A stretch of DNA of 64,000 nt from an uncultured delta proteobacterium (GCA_963783775.1 CAWAOR010000007.1:99913-163912); one strand, 5' to 3'; counted from the stretch's first letter, positions 39,564-50,012 are shown. A program made the numbers and translations. Notes: generated by a model not told the origin, from the sequence alone.

Positions 39564-40238
39564 TCACATCCTGTGGTGTTCGAATCCGGGAAGACTGAGA
39601 CGCCCTTCGAGGCGCCGCAAAAGCCAGCTGGTAATGGAAATCAAAACCAGATAAAAAACGCCCACCATGAGGAAGACTTCCGTATAGCGGAAGGTGTGGG
39701 AAGCCAGGATCTTGGCTTCCCCGGTCAGTTCAATGCAGGTGACCATATAGGCCAGGGATGAGTACTTGATGAGATAAATGATTTCATTGCCACACCCGGG
39801 CAGGGCACGACGCAGCGCTTGCGGCAGGATGACCGACACCACCATCTGCAGCTTCGAGAATCCAAGGGCTTGCGCCGCCAGCATTTGGCCTTGTTTAATG
39901 GACAGCAAGGCACCCCGAATATATTCCGAATGGTACGCCCCGCTGCAGAGCGAAAAACCCACGACCGAAGCGGCAAAGGGGGAGAGATAAATCCCGAAGT
40001 AGGGCAGGCCGAAATACCAGATGAAGAGTTGCACCAGCAGGGGTATGCCACGAAACAACACCACATAAGCATCGGTCAGTCCGGCAACCAGACGGCCGCC
40101 GTAAACTCGCAGGGAGCCGGCCAGAATCCCGATCCCCAGCCCCAGGACCGCCGACGGGACGATCAGCTGGATACTGATCTTGAGCCCTTTCAAAAAAGCG
40201 GGCAGGATTTCACTCTGGAGAAATGTGAACTCTTCCAT
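39564..40238 (-). CDS. Amino-acid ABC transporter permease (His/Glu/Gln/Arg/opine family)
   Basis: 224-aa ORF, multi-TM, with the EAA-like loop (AAQALGFSKLQMVVSVILPQALRRALP). Confidence 0.9.
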   Translation of the reverse strand: MEEFTFLQSEILPAFLKGLKISIQLIVPSAVLGLGIGILAGSLRVYGGRLVAGLTDAYVVLFRGIPLLVQLFIWYFGLPYFGIYLSPFAASVVGFSLCSGAYHSEYIRGALLSIKQGQMLAAQALGFSKLQMVVSVILPQALRRALPGCGNEIIYLIKYSSLAYMVTCIELTGEAKILASHTFRYTEVFLMVGVFYLVLISITSWLLRRLEGRLSLPGFEHHRM

Positions 40239-40287
40239 TCAGCCCGATATCCAGCAGTTCATGGTTCGTGGTCTTCGGTCTCAAGTT

Positions 40288-41049
40288 TCAAAACGACTCC
40301 CCGTAAAGCTCGCTTATCTTCGCACAGAACTCACGGGCGCGGTCGCAGACCGCATCCGAAAAGATTTTCTCAGGGGTTCCCTGTTCGAGGATCTGGCCCT
40401 CCACCATAAAAACAATCTCATCCGCCAGGGCACGGGAAAACCCAATCTGGTGAGTTGCCATGATCATGGTCATGCCGTTCGCCACCAGGTCGCGAATTAC
40501 CGCCAGCACTTCCCCGATCAATTCGGGATCGAGGGCCGAGGTCGGTTCATCGAGGAGCATGACCTTGGGGTCCATGGCCAAGGCACGGGCGATCGAGACC
40601 CGTTGTTTTTGTCCCCCGGAAAGCTGAGCCGGATAATGGTGATCATGTCCTCTCAGTCCCACTCTCTCGAGCTCAGCCAGGGCCCGCTCTTCGGCCTCTT
40701 GCCCACTCATGCCACGCACCCGGACCAGGGCGATCTTGATATTCTCCAGCGCCGTCAGGTGGTCAAAGAGATTAAAGTCCTGAAAAATCATTCCCACTTG
40801 CTGACGGTAAGCATAAAGCTCGCGCTTACGGTGGTGGTTGATTTTTCTGCCTTCCAGCCAGATTTCTCCCTCTTCGGGAGTAACCAGAAAGTTGATGCAC
40901 TGCAGCAGTGTGCTCTTGCCGGCCCCCGAGGGCCCAATCAGCACTTTCAGTTGGCCTTTGGTGATGGAGAGCGAAACCCCTTTAAGGACGTCCCTCGGGC
41001 CGAAGCTCTTCCTGATGCCTTCAATCCTGAGTATGGGCTCTTGTGTCAC
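40288..41049 (-). CDS. Amino-acid ABC transporter ATP-binding protein (GlnQ-like)
   Basis: 253-aa ORF. Walker A GPSGAGKST, signature LSGGQKQRVSIARAL, Walker B MLLDEPTSALD. Confidence 0.95.
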   Translation of the reverse strand: MTQEPILRIEGIRKSFGPRDVLKGVSLSITKGQLKVLIGPSGAGKSTLLQCINFLVTPEEGEIWLEGRKINHHRKRELYAYRQQVGMIFQDFNLFDHLTALENIKIALVRVRGMSGQEAEERALAELERVGLRGHDHHYPAQLSGGQKQRVSIARALAMDPKVMLLDEPTSALDPELIGEVLAVIRDLVANGMTMIMATHQIGFSRALADEIVFMVEGQILEQGTPEKIFSDAVCDRAREFCAKISELYGESF

Positions 41050-41068
41050 GGTCTATTCTTGTCGGAGT

Positions 41069-41740
41069 CTATTGCTGGGCATACCCGGGAATCCTGACTT
41101 TTTCCTCCAGCATTCTCAGCCCCTTGATTCCCACATAGGTCAGCACTAGATAGATCAGACCCGCCAGGATATAAAGGGGCAGGTGTTGGTAGGTGCGAGT
41201 CGCCACGAAATGAGTCCGAGCCATGATTTCCGGGACCCCGAGGGCAAAGGTGACGGCCGAGTCCTTCAAGACAATGGAATATTCATTGGACCAACCGGGA
41301 AGGGAAAGGCGCAGGGCCTGAGGCAGAATGATATGCAGCACCGCCTTGGCGTCACTCATGCCAAGGGCGCGGGCCGCCCTGAACTGGCCTTCCGGGAGCG
41401 ACCGGATGGCGCCGCGGATGATCTGCGACTGGTAGGCGGCGCTGATCAGCCCCAGCACAATAACAGCCACGGTGAAGGCCGAGAGGTTGATCTCGAGCAT
41501 GGAGAAGAGCCCGAAGTAGAAAAGGAAGAGCAGTACCAGCAGAGGCACCCCGCGGAAAAACCACACATAGAAGCCAACACTGCGTCGCACCGCCGTGTTT
41601 CCATAGACATGCCCCACCGCCAGAGGAATGCCCAGGAGAAGGCCCAGGCTCATTGCCCCCAGCACCACCAGGATCGTTACCAGGGAACCGCCGAGCATAT
41701 AAGGCAGGGCGTTAAAGACGGCCGTAAGACCTTCTGACAT
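41069..41740 (-). CDS. Amino-acid ABC transporter permease
   Basis: 223-aa ORF, paralogous layout to 39564-40238 (AARALGMSDAKAVLHIILPQALRLSLP). Confidence 0.9.
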   Translation of the reverse strand: MSEGLTAVFNALPYMLGGSLVTILVVLGAMSLGLLLGIPLAVGHVYGNTAVRRSVGFYVWFFRGVPLLVLLFLFYFGLFSMLEINLSAFTVAVIVLGLISAAYQSQIIRGAIRSLPEGQFRAARALGMSDAKAVLHIILPQALRLSLPGWSNEYSIVLKDSAVTFALGVPEIMARTHFVATRTYQHLPLYILAGLIYLVLTYVGIKGLRMLEEKVRIPGYAQQ

Positions 41741-41855
41741 TCGCTTCCAGTGCTATAAGGAAGTGCTGCGCGGAGAAAAAACTGGAAGGCAACGGGACTG
41801 GTCCCAAAGCCTTCCAGAGTTGAGTCCTGCCTCAGAAGCTAGCGAGTTTGACCAA

Positions 41856-42617
41856 TTAAAGGTCGTATTTCTTCTTGAGCTCCTCCCATACGGGGGAGGC
41901 CATGATCTTTTTCAGCCCATCGTTGAATTTGTTCATGAGTTCGGTATCTTCTTTGCGGAAGGCATAGCCGAACTGTTCATCGGGCATGCCGAACGCGCCA
42001 ATGATTGCGACCGTCTTCTTTTTGTTCACAGCATCCTTGGCGGGGGCATCGTCCATGGCGGCTGCGATGATGCGCCCATTGATGACATCTTCGACCGCCA
42101 GCGGAGCAGAATCATAGTAGACCAGCTCGAACTTCTTGCCTTCTTTCTTGATCAGGTTTTCTTCCATCCATTTGGCTTCGGAAGTCCCCCGCTGCACGCC
42201 AATTTTGTTCCCATCGCTCATGGCCTTTTCCGGAGTCACGCCGGCATCGGCTTTAGCTACCAGGACTTGCTTGATGGTCCAGTAAGGCAGGGAAAAATTG
42301 ACTTTCTCCTTGCGGGCGTCGGTAATACTCATGCCCGAGGCAATAAAGTCGATCTTCTTGGTATTCAGACTGGGGATGATGCCGTCCCAGTCCATGGGTT
42401 TATGCTCCACCTTGAATCCGTATTCCTTGGCGATCCAGTCTACGACCGCGACATCAAAACCGTCCGGCTTGCCGGTCTTGTCGACAAAGGCAAAAGGAGG
42501 AAAATTGGCATCAATACCGTTGATAAGGACTTTTTCCTCGGCCACGCTCGTGGGAACATTACCTGCCAGCACCAACGCCAAAACCAGCAACACCAACCAC
42601 CCTGCTTTCTTCATCAT
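41856..42617 (-). CDS. Amino-acid ABC transporter substrate-binding protein (family 3)
   Basis: Start at 42617 (RBS gagaggagaggg; MMKKAGWLVLLVLALVLAG signal). FPPFAFVDKTGKPDGFDVAVVDWIAKEYG, DFIASGMSITDARKEKVNFSLPYW. Confidence 0.9.
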   Translation of the reverse strand: MMKKAGWLVLLVLALVLAGNVPTSVAEEKVLINGIDANFPPFAFVDKTGKPDGFDVAVVDWIAKEYGFKVEHKPMDWDGIIPSLNTKKIDFIASGMSITDARKEKVNFSLPYWTIKQVLVAKADAGVTPEKAMSDGNKIGVQRGTSEAKWMEENLIKKEGKKFELVYYDSAPLAVEDVINGRIIAAAMDDAPAKDAVNKKKTVAIIGAFGMPDEQFGYAFRKEDTELMNKFNDGLKKIMASPVWEELKKKYDL

Positions 42618-42877
42618 TTCCCTCTCCTCTCTCAATCTCCTGCTCACCCGTACAAAGCTCATCACACCCTCGGGACCGACCTCATACCCCTGAACAATCG
42701 AAGTCAGACGATGACTTCAAGACGGAACGACAACAAAATTAACAAATGGCTCCACCCGGATCAAGCACAAATGCTCCGTCTCAAGTCCCATCAGACCCTT
42801 GGTTTCCGTCTCCATCCCGCAGCCTTTCGTCTCCACTTTCCCGCTTCCCGTTCCCACCTTCTGTCCGGTTTCAAGTT

Positions 42878-43262
42878 TCAAGTCCCACACGCTACACACT
42901 TGATTTCTACAAGGGCTCCACGAGGAAGGCCTCTCACTTCCACCACGGCTCGCGCCGGTTTGTGGCTGCCGAAGAAGGCCTCGTAAATCCCATTAAAGGT
43001 GGCAAACGTAGCCATATCCACCAGGAAGACATCCACAGAAACCACGTTTACAAGGCTGAACCCCACCCCCTCCAGGATAGCACGCAGATTTTGGAGAGCC
43101 TGGGTGGCCTGCTCCATGAGACCGTCGCCAACCAGCTGACCGGTCTCAGGAACCAAGCCGATCTGCCCGCTTACAAAGAGCCATTCAGCTACCCTGCACA
43201 GCCTGGGAATAGGGTCCTATGGCGGCAGGGGCCCGGTCTGTTTGAACCATTGTCAGAGCCAT
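42878..43262 (-). pseudogene. ridA: RidA/YjgF family reactive-intermediate deaminase, one frame break as assembled
   Basis: The ATG at 43262 (RBS gggagg) gives MALTMVQTDRAPAAIGPYSQAVQ, then one extra G at about 43190, then VAEWLFVSGQIGLVPETGQLVGDG...ARAVVEVRGLPRGALVEIKCVA. 385 nt minus 1 = 384 nt. Confidence 0.8.
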
Positions 43263-43542
43263 TGCTAACCTCCCTCGACGTGATGGAAGAAATGACATCC
43301 AGTCCTCTTTCCCCTGATTATGGAAAAGGTTGAGATCAGTCGTTTGCAAACTATATCAGTATTGCCGGCAAAGCTTAAGGGTTTTCACAGTCCCCAGCCG
43401 CCTCCGGGGAGACCCATGATGCTATTGTTTCCTTGAAATAAATCGTTATTGCCTTGAGTTACCTTTGAATCTATTATGAGCTGCTGGCTTTCTCAGAGCG
43501 TGTCCAATAATCATAGCTGGAAGTCTTCCGAAAGATGCGGAG

Positions 43543-44751
43543 TTGAGTGGTATAGTCCCTTATAAGATTTTGATGTACTCCCATGACACCTACGGTCTGG
43601 GGCACATTCGCAGATGCATGGCCATGGCGTTGAGCCTCAGGAAGAGCCCGGCCAATATCCTGATCATCACCGGATCGCTCCTTGCGGGCCGTTTCAAGAG
43701 CCCTATGAGGATTGATTTTGTGCGCATTCCGGGGATGATCAAAGTCACCAACGAACAGTATCTGCCCCTTTCCATGAAGCTGGAAACCACTGAAGTCCTG
43801 GAGATCCGAAAAAAGATCATTCTGGCAACAGCCATGGCCTTTCAGCCGGATTTTTTCATTGTCGACAAAGCCCCTCTGGGACTGAAACGCGACGTGGTCG
43901 ATACGCTCCACTGGCTCAAATCCGATTGCCCCACCTGTACTTCCATCCTCGGTCTGCGCGACATCATGGACGGAGCGGCCTCCACCATCGAAGACTGGAA
44001 GGAAAAGGGCATCTATGAGGCCATGGATCAGCTGTACAACGAGATCTGGGTCTACGGCTGCCGCAACTTCTACGACCCCATCAGGGAATATGAAATTCCC
44101 CCCCACATTGCTTCCAAGATACACTTCACCGGCTACATCCCGCGCAAGATCCCTTCACCCGAAGACGTTGCGGCAACGCGCCGAGGTCTCGGCATAAGAA
44201 GTGACGAAAAGCTCATTTTGGTTACCACGGGCGGCGGCGGTGACGGCCTCCCGTTGATCAACCTTTTTCTTGCCGCCTTCGATCGGCACCGGGGAGGGGC
44301 GCCGCGCGGTGTACGCGTAGTGGTAGTGACCGGCCCCTTTATGCCCTCCAACAGCTCTCAGGAAGTCATCAAAAGGGCCGAGTCCCTTGGCTTCATCACC
44401 CTCAAATTCCATCGCTACATGGAATCCTTGATCGGGGCTGCCCAGGTGGTGGTCAGCATGGGCGGCTACAACACCCTTTGCGAAATAGCAAGCCAGAAGA
44501 AACCGTCTCTGATTGTCCCGAGGGTAGTCCCGCGAGAAGAGCAACTGATTCGTGCCGAGGTGCTCTGCGCCAAAGGCTTCTGCGACTACCTCAAGCCGTC
44601 GGAACTGGACCCCGAGATCCTCCGCACCAGGATCCTGAGCCTGCTTGAAAACGGTTCGGCGTACCATGAAAAGATGTGCTCCTTTCCCTTCACGGCCCTC
44701 GATTTCATGCGCGAGCGCATTCAGCGGCACCTGCGAGGGAATCCCAAGTGA
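43543..44751 (+). CDS. MurG-like (GT28-type C-terminal domain) glycosyltransferase, COG4671-like
   Basis: 402-aa ORF. ILMYSHDTYGLGHIRR N-terminus, LILVTTGGGGDG, VVSMGGYNTLCE. The start is uncertain (TTG 43543 or ATG 43573). Confidence 0.7.
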   Translation: MSGIVPYKILMYSHDTYGLGHIRRCMAMALSLRKSPANILIITGSLLAGRFKSPMRIDFVRIPGMIKVTNEQYLPLSMKLETTEVLEIRKKIILATAMAFQPDFFIVDKAPLGLKRDVVDTLHWLKSDCPTCTSILGLRDIMDGAASTIEDWKEKGIYEAMDQLYNEIWVYGCRNFYDPIREYEIPPHIASKIHFTGYIPRKIPSPEDVAATRRGLGIRSDEKLILVTTGGGGDGLPLINLFLAAFDRHRGGAPRGVRVVVVTGPFMPSNSSQEVIKRAESLGFITLKFHRYMESLIGAAQVVVSMGGYNTLCEIASQKKPSLIVPRVVPREEQLIRAEVLCAKGFCDYLKPSELDPEILRTRILSLLENGSAYHEKMCSFPFTALDFMRERIQRHLRGNPK

Positions 44752-44774
44752 CCGGGGCAAACCGGCGGCTCGGG

Positions 44775-46019
44775 ATGATCCTCAAGGGCTATCCGCGCAT
44801 CTCCGAGAGCTTCATCAGCACCGAAATCCTGCTCCTCGAAGCCCTGGGCATACCCATCGATATTTATTCCCTGAGGCAACCCCGGGAGGCTGTCTCCCAC
44901 GACCATGTGAAAGCCATTCGAGCCTCCGCCACCTATCTCCCCGAATACGTCCTCCCGCACTTCCAGACGCTGTTCAAGACTAACCTCGCCCTCTGGAAAC
45001 TGCTCGACTCCCACTACACGGCATGTCTGAAAGGAGCCCTGCAGCGGGCCTGGGAAAGGAAGAAACTGGCGACTCTGCGGCACTTTCTGCAAGCGGGCCA
45101 TCTCGCTTCCATCCGGCTCAGGGCTCATCCGGTGACTCACCTCCACGCCCATTTCTGCCATACCCCGACCTCTGTGGCGCTCTTCGCTTCGGAGCTGACC
45201 GGCTTGCCGTTCAGTTTTACCGCCCATGCCAAGGACGTCTACATTACGGAACCCGCACAACTGCTCCGAAAGATCCAAAAGGCCCGTTTCGTGGTCACCT
45301 GCACCCGGTATAATGGCGACTATCTGCGAGAACTGGCACAAGCCGCCGGGTGCGAGACCCCCATCCACGTCATCTACCACGGGATTGACTTGAGCTTCTT
45401 CGCCTTAACTCCGTCGAGACGTCCCGGGCCTCCCTACGAGGTTTTCTCCGTCGGCCGTCTGGTGCCCAAGAAAGGCTACGACACCTTGTTTGAAGCCCTG
45501 AGCATCCTCGATCGGGCGGGAATCGACTTCCACTTTACGCATATCGGCAGCGGTGAAATGGAAGGTGCGATCAACGGGATGATTCAGGCACTCAATTTGA
45601 AACACCGGGTAAGGCTGCTGGGAACCCTTCCTCACACGGAGGTCATCGGCCACTATCGCCGGGCCCATTGCTTCGCTCTGGCTTCAAAAGTGGCGCCGAA
45701 CGGCGATCGCGACGGCATTCCCAACGTGCTTGTGGAAGCCATGGCCACCGGCATTCCCGTGGTGGCCACCGCCGTCTCGGCCATCCCCGAACTGGTGGCA
45801 CAGGGCGCCACCGGCGTTCTGGTTCAGCCCGACGACCCTGTGGGCCTGGCAGCTGCCATGGAAGATATTCTCCTCCATCCCGAAAAGTATGATGGTCACG
45901 TCCGGCGGGCCAGGACCAGAGTCGAAGCGGATTTCGACAACCGGAGCTGTGTGATGCGGCTCCATTCACTCTTTAAGGATGCATTGGAGCCGTCAAGAAG
46001 CAACCTGCACCCACTTTGA
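44775..46019 (+). CDS. GT4-family glycosyltransferase
   Basis: MILKGYPRISESFISTEILLLE... The C-terminal GT-B motif is VGRLVPKKGYD...APNGDRDGIPNVLVEAMATGIPVVAT. An alternative GTG start at 44748 overlaps the upstream stop. Confidence 0.85.
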   Translation: MILKGYPRISESFISTEILLLEALGIPIDIYSLRQPREAVSHDHVKAIRASATYLPEYVLPHFQTLFKTNLALWKLLDSHYTACLKGALQRAWERKKLATLRHFLQAGHLASIRLRAHPVTHLHAHFCHTPTSVALFASELTGLPFSFTAHAKDVYITEPAQLLRKIQKARFVVTCTRYNGDYLRELAQAAGCETPIHVIYHGIDLSFFALTPSRRPGPPYEVFSVGRLVPKKGYDTLFEALSILDRAGIDFHFTHIGSGEMEGAINGMIQALNLKHRVRLLGTLPHTEVIGHYRRAHCFALASKVAPNGDRDGIPNVLVEAMATGIPVVATAVSAIPELVAQGATGVLVQPDDPVGLAAAMEDILLHPEKYDGHVRRARTRVEADFDNRSCVMRLHSLFKDALEPSRSNLHPL

Positions 46020-46030
46020 CTCTATTTGAT

Positions 46031-46080
46031 CCACAAAGATGCACGGAGAAATCATTTCGTATCCTTCGTACTCTTCGTGG
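46031..46080. repeat. REP-like element family 1, degenerate copy b
   Basis: ccacaaagatgcacggagaaatcatttcgtatccttcgtactcttcgtgg. It creates the spurious N-terminal extension (HFVSFVLFVVK) of ORF 46026. Confidence 0.75.
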
Positions 46081-46202
46081 TGAAAGATGGCGCTTTGTTC
46101 TTGGCCAATAACCCCACAAACAGCTTGAGACTATACGAAGCTCACCTTCGGAGAATCAACCCATTGTTCATTCATGAATCCGAAATCCGATCCCGCGAAA
46201 GC

Positions 46203-47387
46203 ATGGGACCGAAATCCGACATCCGTTTGAAGATTGCCTTCTACTGCCCCAACAAACCCCTTTCCCATGCCCACCCGTCTGGGGATCTCACCATCGCCCG
46301 CAACCTCCAAAACGCCTTGAGCACGATGGGGCATGATTGCAGCGAAATCATCCAGTTTCGCAGCCGCTGGTTCTGGCAGTCGGCAACAGGATGGGGCAAA
46401 GCTCTGGGGAGCGGTCTCCAGGCGTACCGCCATACCCGGCGGTTCGAGCCCGATCTTTGGCTCACCTACCATAGCTATTACAAGTCTCCGGACCTCTTGG
46501 GGCCGCTCCTGAGCGGCATCTACCACATCCCTTATGCCATTTTTCAGCCCATGTACAGCACCCGGCGACGCAAGACGGGCCAGACCCGGGTGGGCTTCTA
46601 TCTGAACCGCCTGGCGCTGAAGGCCGCAACGGAGGTCTTTACCAATAATCTAAACGATCTCGAAGGGTTGGGAAGGCTCCTCCCGCCCGGCCGCATCACT
46701 TACCTGCCTCCGGGCATAAACCCGGAAGCCTTCCAGCGGGATGAAGGAGCGCGGGAACGCATCCGCCGGCAATATGGGATATCCGGCAGGGCAAGTGTTA
46801 TCATGACCGCGGCCCGTTTCCGCCCAGGAGTCAAGGTTGAAAGCCTGGTTTACCTGTTCCACTCCCTGGCGCGGCTCAAAGTACGGGGGCTGCCCTTCAC
46901 CCTGCTGATCGTCGGCGACGGCCCCATGGAAACGCCCGTCCGGAAGCTGGCGGAGGCCCTCCTGCCCGGGCAGACCATTTTCACCGGCGGGGTGGCGCCC
47001 CGAGACATGGTCCACTACTATTCAGCGGCAGATCTGTTCGCTTTTCCAGGGATTGGTGAATCCCTGGGCATGGTCTATCTGGAAGCCCAGGCCTGCGGTT
47101 TGCCGGTGGTCGCCCTGAACTCCCCCGGAGTGGCTCAGGTGGTCGAGAACGGCCAGAGCGGCCTGCTCGTAGCGCGGGATACGGGAGAGGCCATGGCGGA
47201 GGCCATCGGTGAGTTTCTAAATGATCCGGAAAAGCGAGGCGAGTTTGGCCGGCAAGGCCTGCAATACGTTAGAGAGCAGCGTAACGCCCGGTGCAATTAT
47301 CGCCAGCTTTCCGAAAAACTGGAGGAAATGACCCGGCGCTTTGGGGTGAGCCACCGCGCCCACAGGCATCAGGCCTTCCAACTTTAA
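46203..47387 (+). CDS. GT4-family glycosyltransferase
   Basis: The ATG at 46203 lies after the REP element. IAFYCPNKPLSHAHPSGD..., TAARFRPGVKVESL, FPGIGESLGMVYLEAQACGLPVVA. Confidence 0.85.
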   Translation: MGPKSDIRLKIAFYCPNKPLSHAHPSGDLTIARNLQNALSTMGHDCSEIIQFRSRWFWQSATGWGKALGSGLQAYRHTRRFEPDLWLTYHSYYKSPDLLGPLLSGIYHIPYAIFQPMYSTRRRKTGQTRVGFYLNRLALKAATEVFTNNLNDLEGLGRLLPPGRITYLPPGINPEAFQRDEGARERIRRQYGISGRASVIMTAARFRPGVKVESLVYLFHSLARLKVRGLPFTLLIVGDGPMETPVRKLAEALLPGQTIFTGGVAPRDMVHYYSAADLFAFPGIGESLGMVYLEAQACGLPVVALNSPGVAQVVENGQSGLLVARDTGEAMAEAIGEFLNDPEKRGEFGRQGLQYVREQRNARCNYRQLSEKLEEMTRRFGVSHRAHRHQAFQL

Positions 47388-48247
47388 GGGGCACACCACT
47401 CTTCCCGCACGCTGAAATCGCTGGTCCCATCGGGCGTCTGAACAACCAGGAAGGAGACCCTATCGCCCTCGATCAGCACTTCCGTAACGGTTTGCCGGCC
47501 GTCGCTGTGGGAGTTCTGTCCGGCATTGCCGGTGTTGACAACAAAGATGCCCGTCTTCTCATCGGGGAACCGCTCCCGGTAATATCTGTGGGTGTGGCCG
47601 GCGAATACGGCCCTCACCTTGTCTCGATGTTCAAGCAGCAGAGTCCACAAGGGATCTCTTTCAGGATACAAAGGCCGGTATGGTTCGTGAAAGGCCACGA
47701 AGACATGGCAAATGTTCTCGGGTGTGTCGAGGGCGCCGTTGAGCCATGCTACCGTCGCCTCACTGTCAAAGGCTTGGCCGCGGCTGGAGTATTGATCCAG
47801 CACGATCAGCCGCACATTCTTTAAGTCCTTATAGTAGTTGAGATTCTTCTCATCCTGCCGATCTATGTTCTTCCCATGCGGGAGCATGATCTTTTCGAGG
47901 AGGAATCGGACATCCCCCGCACGTTCATGATTTCCTCTGACGGGAAAAAAGGACGGCCCTTCACCTCCGAAAACCTCTCGGAAGATCCTGAAGTTCTCTT
48001 CAGCAGGGCTCACATCTCCGCAGGCCAGGACGAAATCAAAGGGAGGAAACCTTTTGCCGGGATTGACGGTTTGCCGGCGGATCTCGTTCAAAACGTTCCG
48101 GTAGGAAGCAAAGAACGAGAGATTGTCCCCGATAACCGCAAAGGCCCAGTTCTCGGCCAGGGCTGGACCTGCGATCAAAACCACCAGAAGGAAGGCAGCG
48201 AGCAACCGTTTCAGGAAGAATCTCATTGGCATCACTTTGGAAAACAT
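47384..48247 (-). CDS. Secreted calcineurin-like metallophosphoesterase
   Basis: FAVIGDN, ACGD, RGNHE and GHTH motifs in order. A signal peptide follows M19 of the ORF (start 48247, RBS-like ggtgaggg). The ORF track extends to 48301 (ATGA overlap with the upstream cyclase stop). Confidence 0.8.
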   Translation of the reverse strand: MFSKVMPMRFFLKRLLAAFLLVVLIAGPALAENWAFAVIGDNLSFFASYRNVLNEIRRQTVNPGKRFPPFDFVLACGDVSPAEENFRIFREVFGGEGPSFFPVRGNHERAGDVRFLLEKIMLPHGKNIDRQDEKNLNYYKDLKNVRLIVLDQYSSRGQAFDSEATVAWLNGALDTPENICHVFVAFHEPYRPLYPERDPLWTLLLEHRDKVRAVFAGHTHRYYRERFPDEKTGIFVVNTGNAGQNSHSDGRQTVTEVLIEGDRVSFLVVQTPDGTSDFSVREEWCAP

Positions 48248-48297
48248 GCCCTCACCCTTGCTGGCACAGCTTGCTCCCTTCAGATCCGAGGCGGACT

Positions 48298-49707
48298 TCA
48301 AAAGCCCCGCTTCCAGTCGCCACTCACAGGCAGGCCGCTTTTCCAGGTCCCGGAGACAGTGATCGTATTCTTATCCCACCTCCCCGTCACGCTGGCTTCG
48401 GTCGGCTTGCCAGTTGGCAGCCAGCCTTCCAGTGTCATGGTGACCGCTCCTTCAGGCGAGATGGTCCCCTTCGCACGGCCGAGGTTGCCGGTGCCGGGGT
48501 GCGTCCAGGTCCCCTGGAGCGCGCCGCGCTCGACCTTAATGCTTACAACCCAACACCTTTTCCCGGCAAGAGGACCCGGACGCTCGTTGCACAGCCGACC
48601 ATCGTAGATGCCATCGAAGCGCTCCATTCCCTTGAGCTCTTTCGGGGGCGGCACGACAGCCGGCACACTGGCGGAGCGCTGCGGCTCAACCGCTTTGGGT
48701 GGCACTGCGGGCTCTGCCGCTCGTTTTTCCACGGTTGCGCGCTTGAGGTCCTGATCGAGACGCTTCTTATCCGCCTCAGCCCGTTCCAGCGCCGCTTTGG
48801 CTGCTTGCGCCTCGGCTTCCAATTTAGCCTGGCGCTGCAAGGCCTCAGCCGCCAGTTGGTCTTCCTTAGCCTTTTGCTGCGCCGCTGCCGCCTGCCGCTG
48901 AGCTTCATCGGCCTGGCGCTTGGTCTCCTCAGCTTGGCGCTGAGCATCATCAGCCTGCCGTTTGGTCTCTGCGGCCTGGCGCTCGACCTCGATGGCCCGG
49001 CGAAGCTCCTCCGCACGCCGGGCCTCATAGTTGTGGTAAACCCAAAAGCCGGAACCTGTTGCGGCTATGAGCACGACAAGGGCCAGGATGATACCCGCCA
49101 GTTTCGTCCTTTTCGGCCGCTCGCGGCCCGAGGCCACAGGCATCGCCGTACCATCCGCCTCCGAGATCGAGAACGTGCGGATGGGTTGGGCGATATTCTT
49201 GAAGCTCCGTTCGCCCATCATCTTGAACTGGAGCGACAGTTTGTTCTGGATCTGATCGTAAACGCTTCCCGAGATGCACACGCCGCCGGGTTCGGCGATG
49301 GTCTGGATGCGCGCCGCAACATTGACGCCATCCCCCAGCAAATCCCCTCCCTGCACGATGACGTCGCCGAGATTGATGCCGACGCGAAACCACATGCGCT
49401 GCTCTTCCGGCAAATGCTCATTGCGCGTGCGCAAGGCCGCCTGGATTTCGGTGGCGCAGCGAACTGCTTCCACGGCGCTCGGAAATTCAGCCAGGATCGC
49501 ATCTCCCGCCGTGTTGAAGATGCGACCCCGATGCAGCCCGAGAAGCGCGTCAAAAATCTCCCGGTGACCACGCAGGGTTTGCACCGTGCGTTCTTCATTC
49601 TCTCCCATCATGCGGCTGTAGCCCGCGACGTCGGCCATCATGATCGTGGCCAGGCGGCGCTCCATCGATGGTTGCCGTTCCTCTTCCGGGAGTAGCTCGT
49701 TGGGCAT
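48298..49707 (-). CDS. Class III adenylate/guanylate cyclase - TM - Q/A/E/K-rich coiled coil - C-terminal beta-rich domain
   Basis: Start at 49707 (MPNELLPEEE). LATIMMADVAGYSR, NTAGDAILAEF, VGINLGDVIVQGGDLLGDGVNVAARI. TM: LAGIILALVVLIAATGSGFWVY. Repetitive KRQADDAQRQAEETKRQADEAQRQA. Confidence 0.85.
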   Translation of the reverse strand: MPNELLPEEERQPSMERRLATIMMADVAGYSRMMGENEERTVQTLRGHREIFDALLGLHRGRIFNTAGDAILAEFPSAVEAVRCATEIQAALRTRNEHLPEEQRMWFRVGINLGDVIVQGGDLLGDGVNVAARIQTIAEPGGVCISGSVYDQIQNKLSLQFKMMGERSFKNIAQPIRTFSISEADGTAMPVASGRERPKRTKLAGIILALVVLIAATGSGFWVYHNYEARRAEELRRAIEVERQAAETKRQADDAQRQAEETKRQADEAQRQAAAAQQKAKEDQLAAEALQRQAKLEAEAQAAKAALERAEADKKRLDQDLKRATVEKRAAEPAVPPKAVEPQRSASVPAVVPPPKELKGMERFDGIYDGRLCNERPGPLAGKRCWVVSIKVERGALQGTWTHPGTGNLGRAKGTISPEGAVTMTLEGWLPTGKPTEASVTGRWDKNTITVSGTWKSGLPVSGDWKRGF

Positions 49708-50012
49708 GGTTTCCTCCAAAGGGCGACGCCGACAGCAGTTCACCATGAGCGACGTCCCGCACCCGGCGCGGGCACTCCTTCCGAAGCCCCGGCGGGTGCA
49801 AACCTCATGGTAACAGTTGATTAGACAACGCTTTTCACCTTTTGACGGTACTAGAGAGAAAACTCGGTGTCAAGCAAGAGGTCATGAGAATGAACCTTGC
49901 GCTATGAATCCAGATATCATAGATATGCAAAAGACGTGCAGGAAGACAGGGTACGATTGAAAGTGGTGGCAGGCTTGGACTCAAACCGTCCCCTGCCAGG
50001 AAAGGAAAAACC

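Noticed and set aside
46026-46202. N-terminal extension of the second GT4 gene (MIHKDARRNHFVSFVLFVVKDG...).
   Set aside because: The extension is the translation of REP family 1 copy b. The conserved GT4 sequence begins after ATG 46203.
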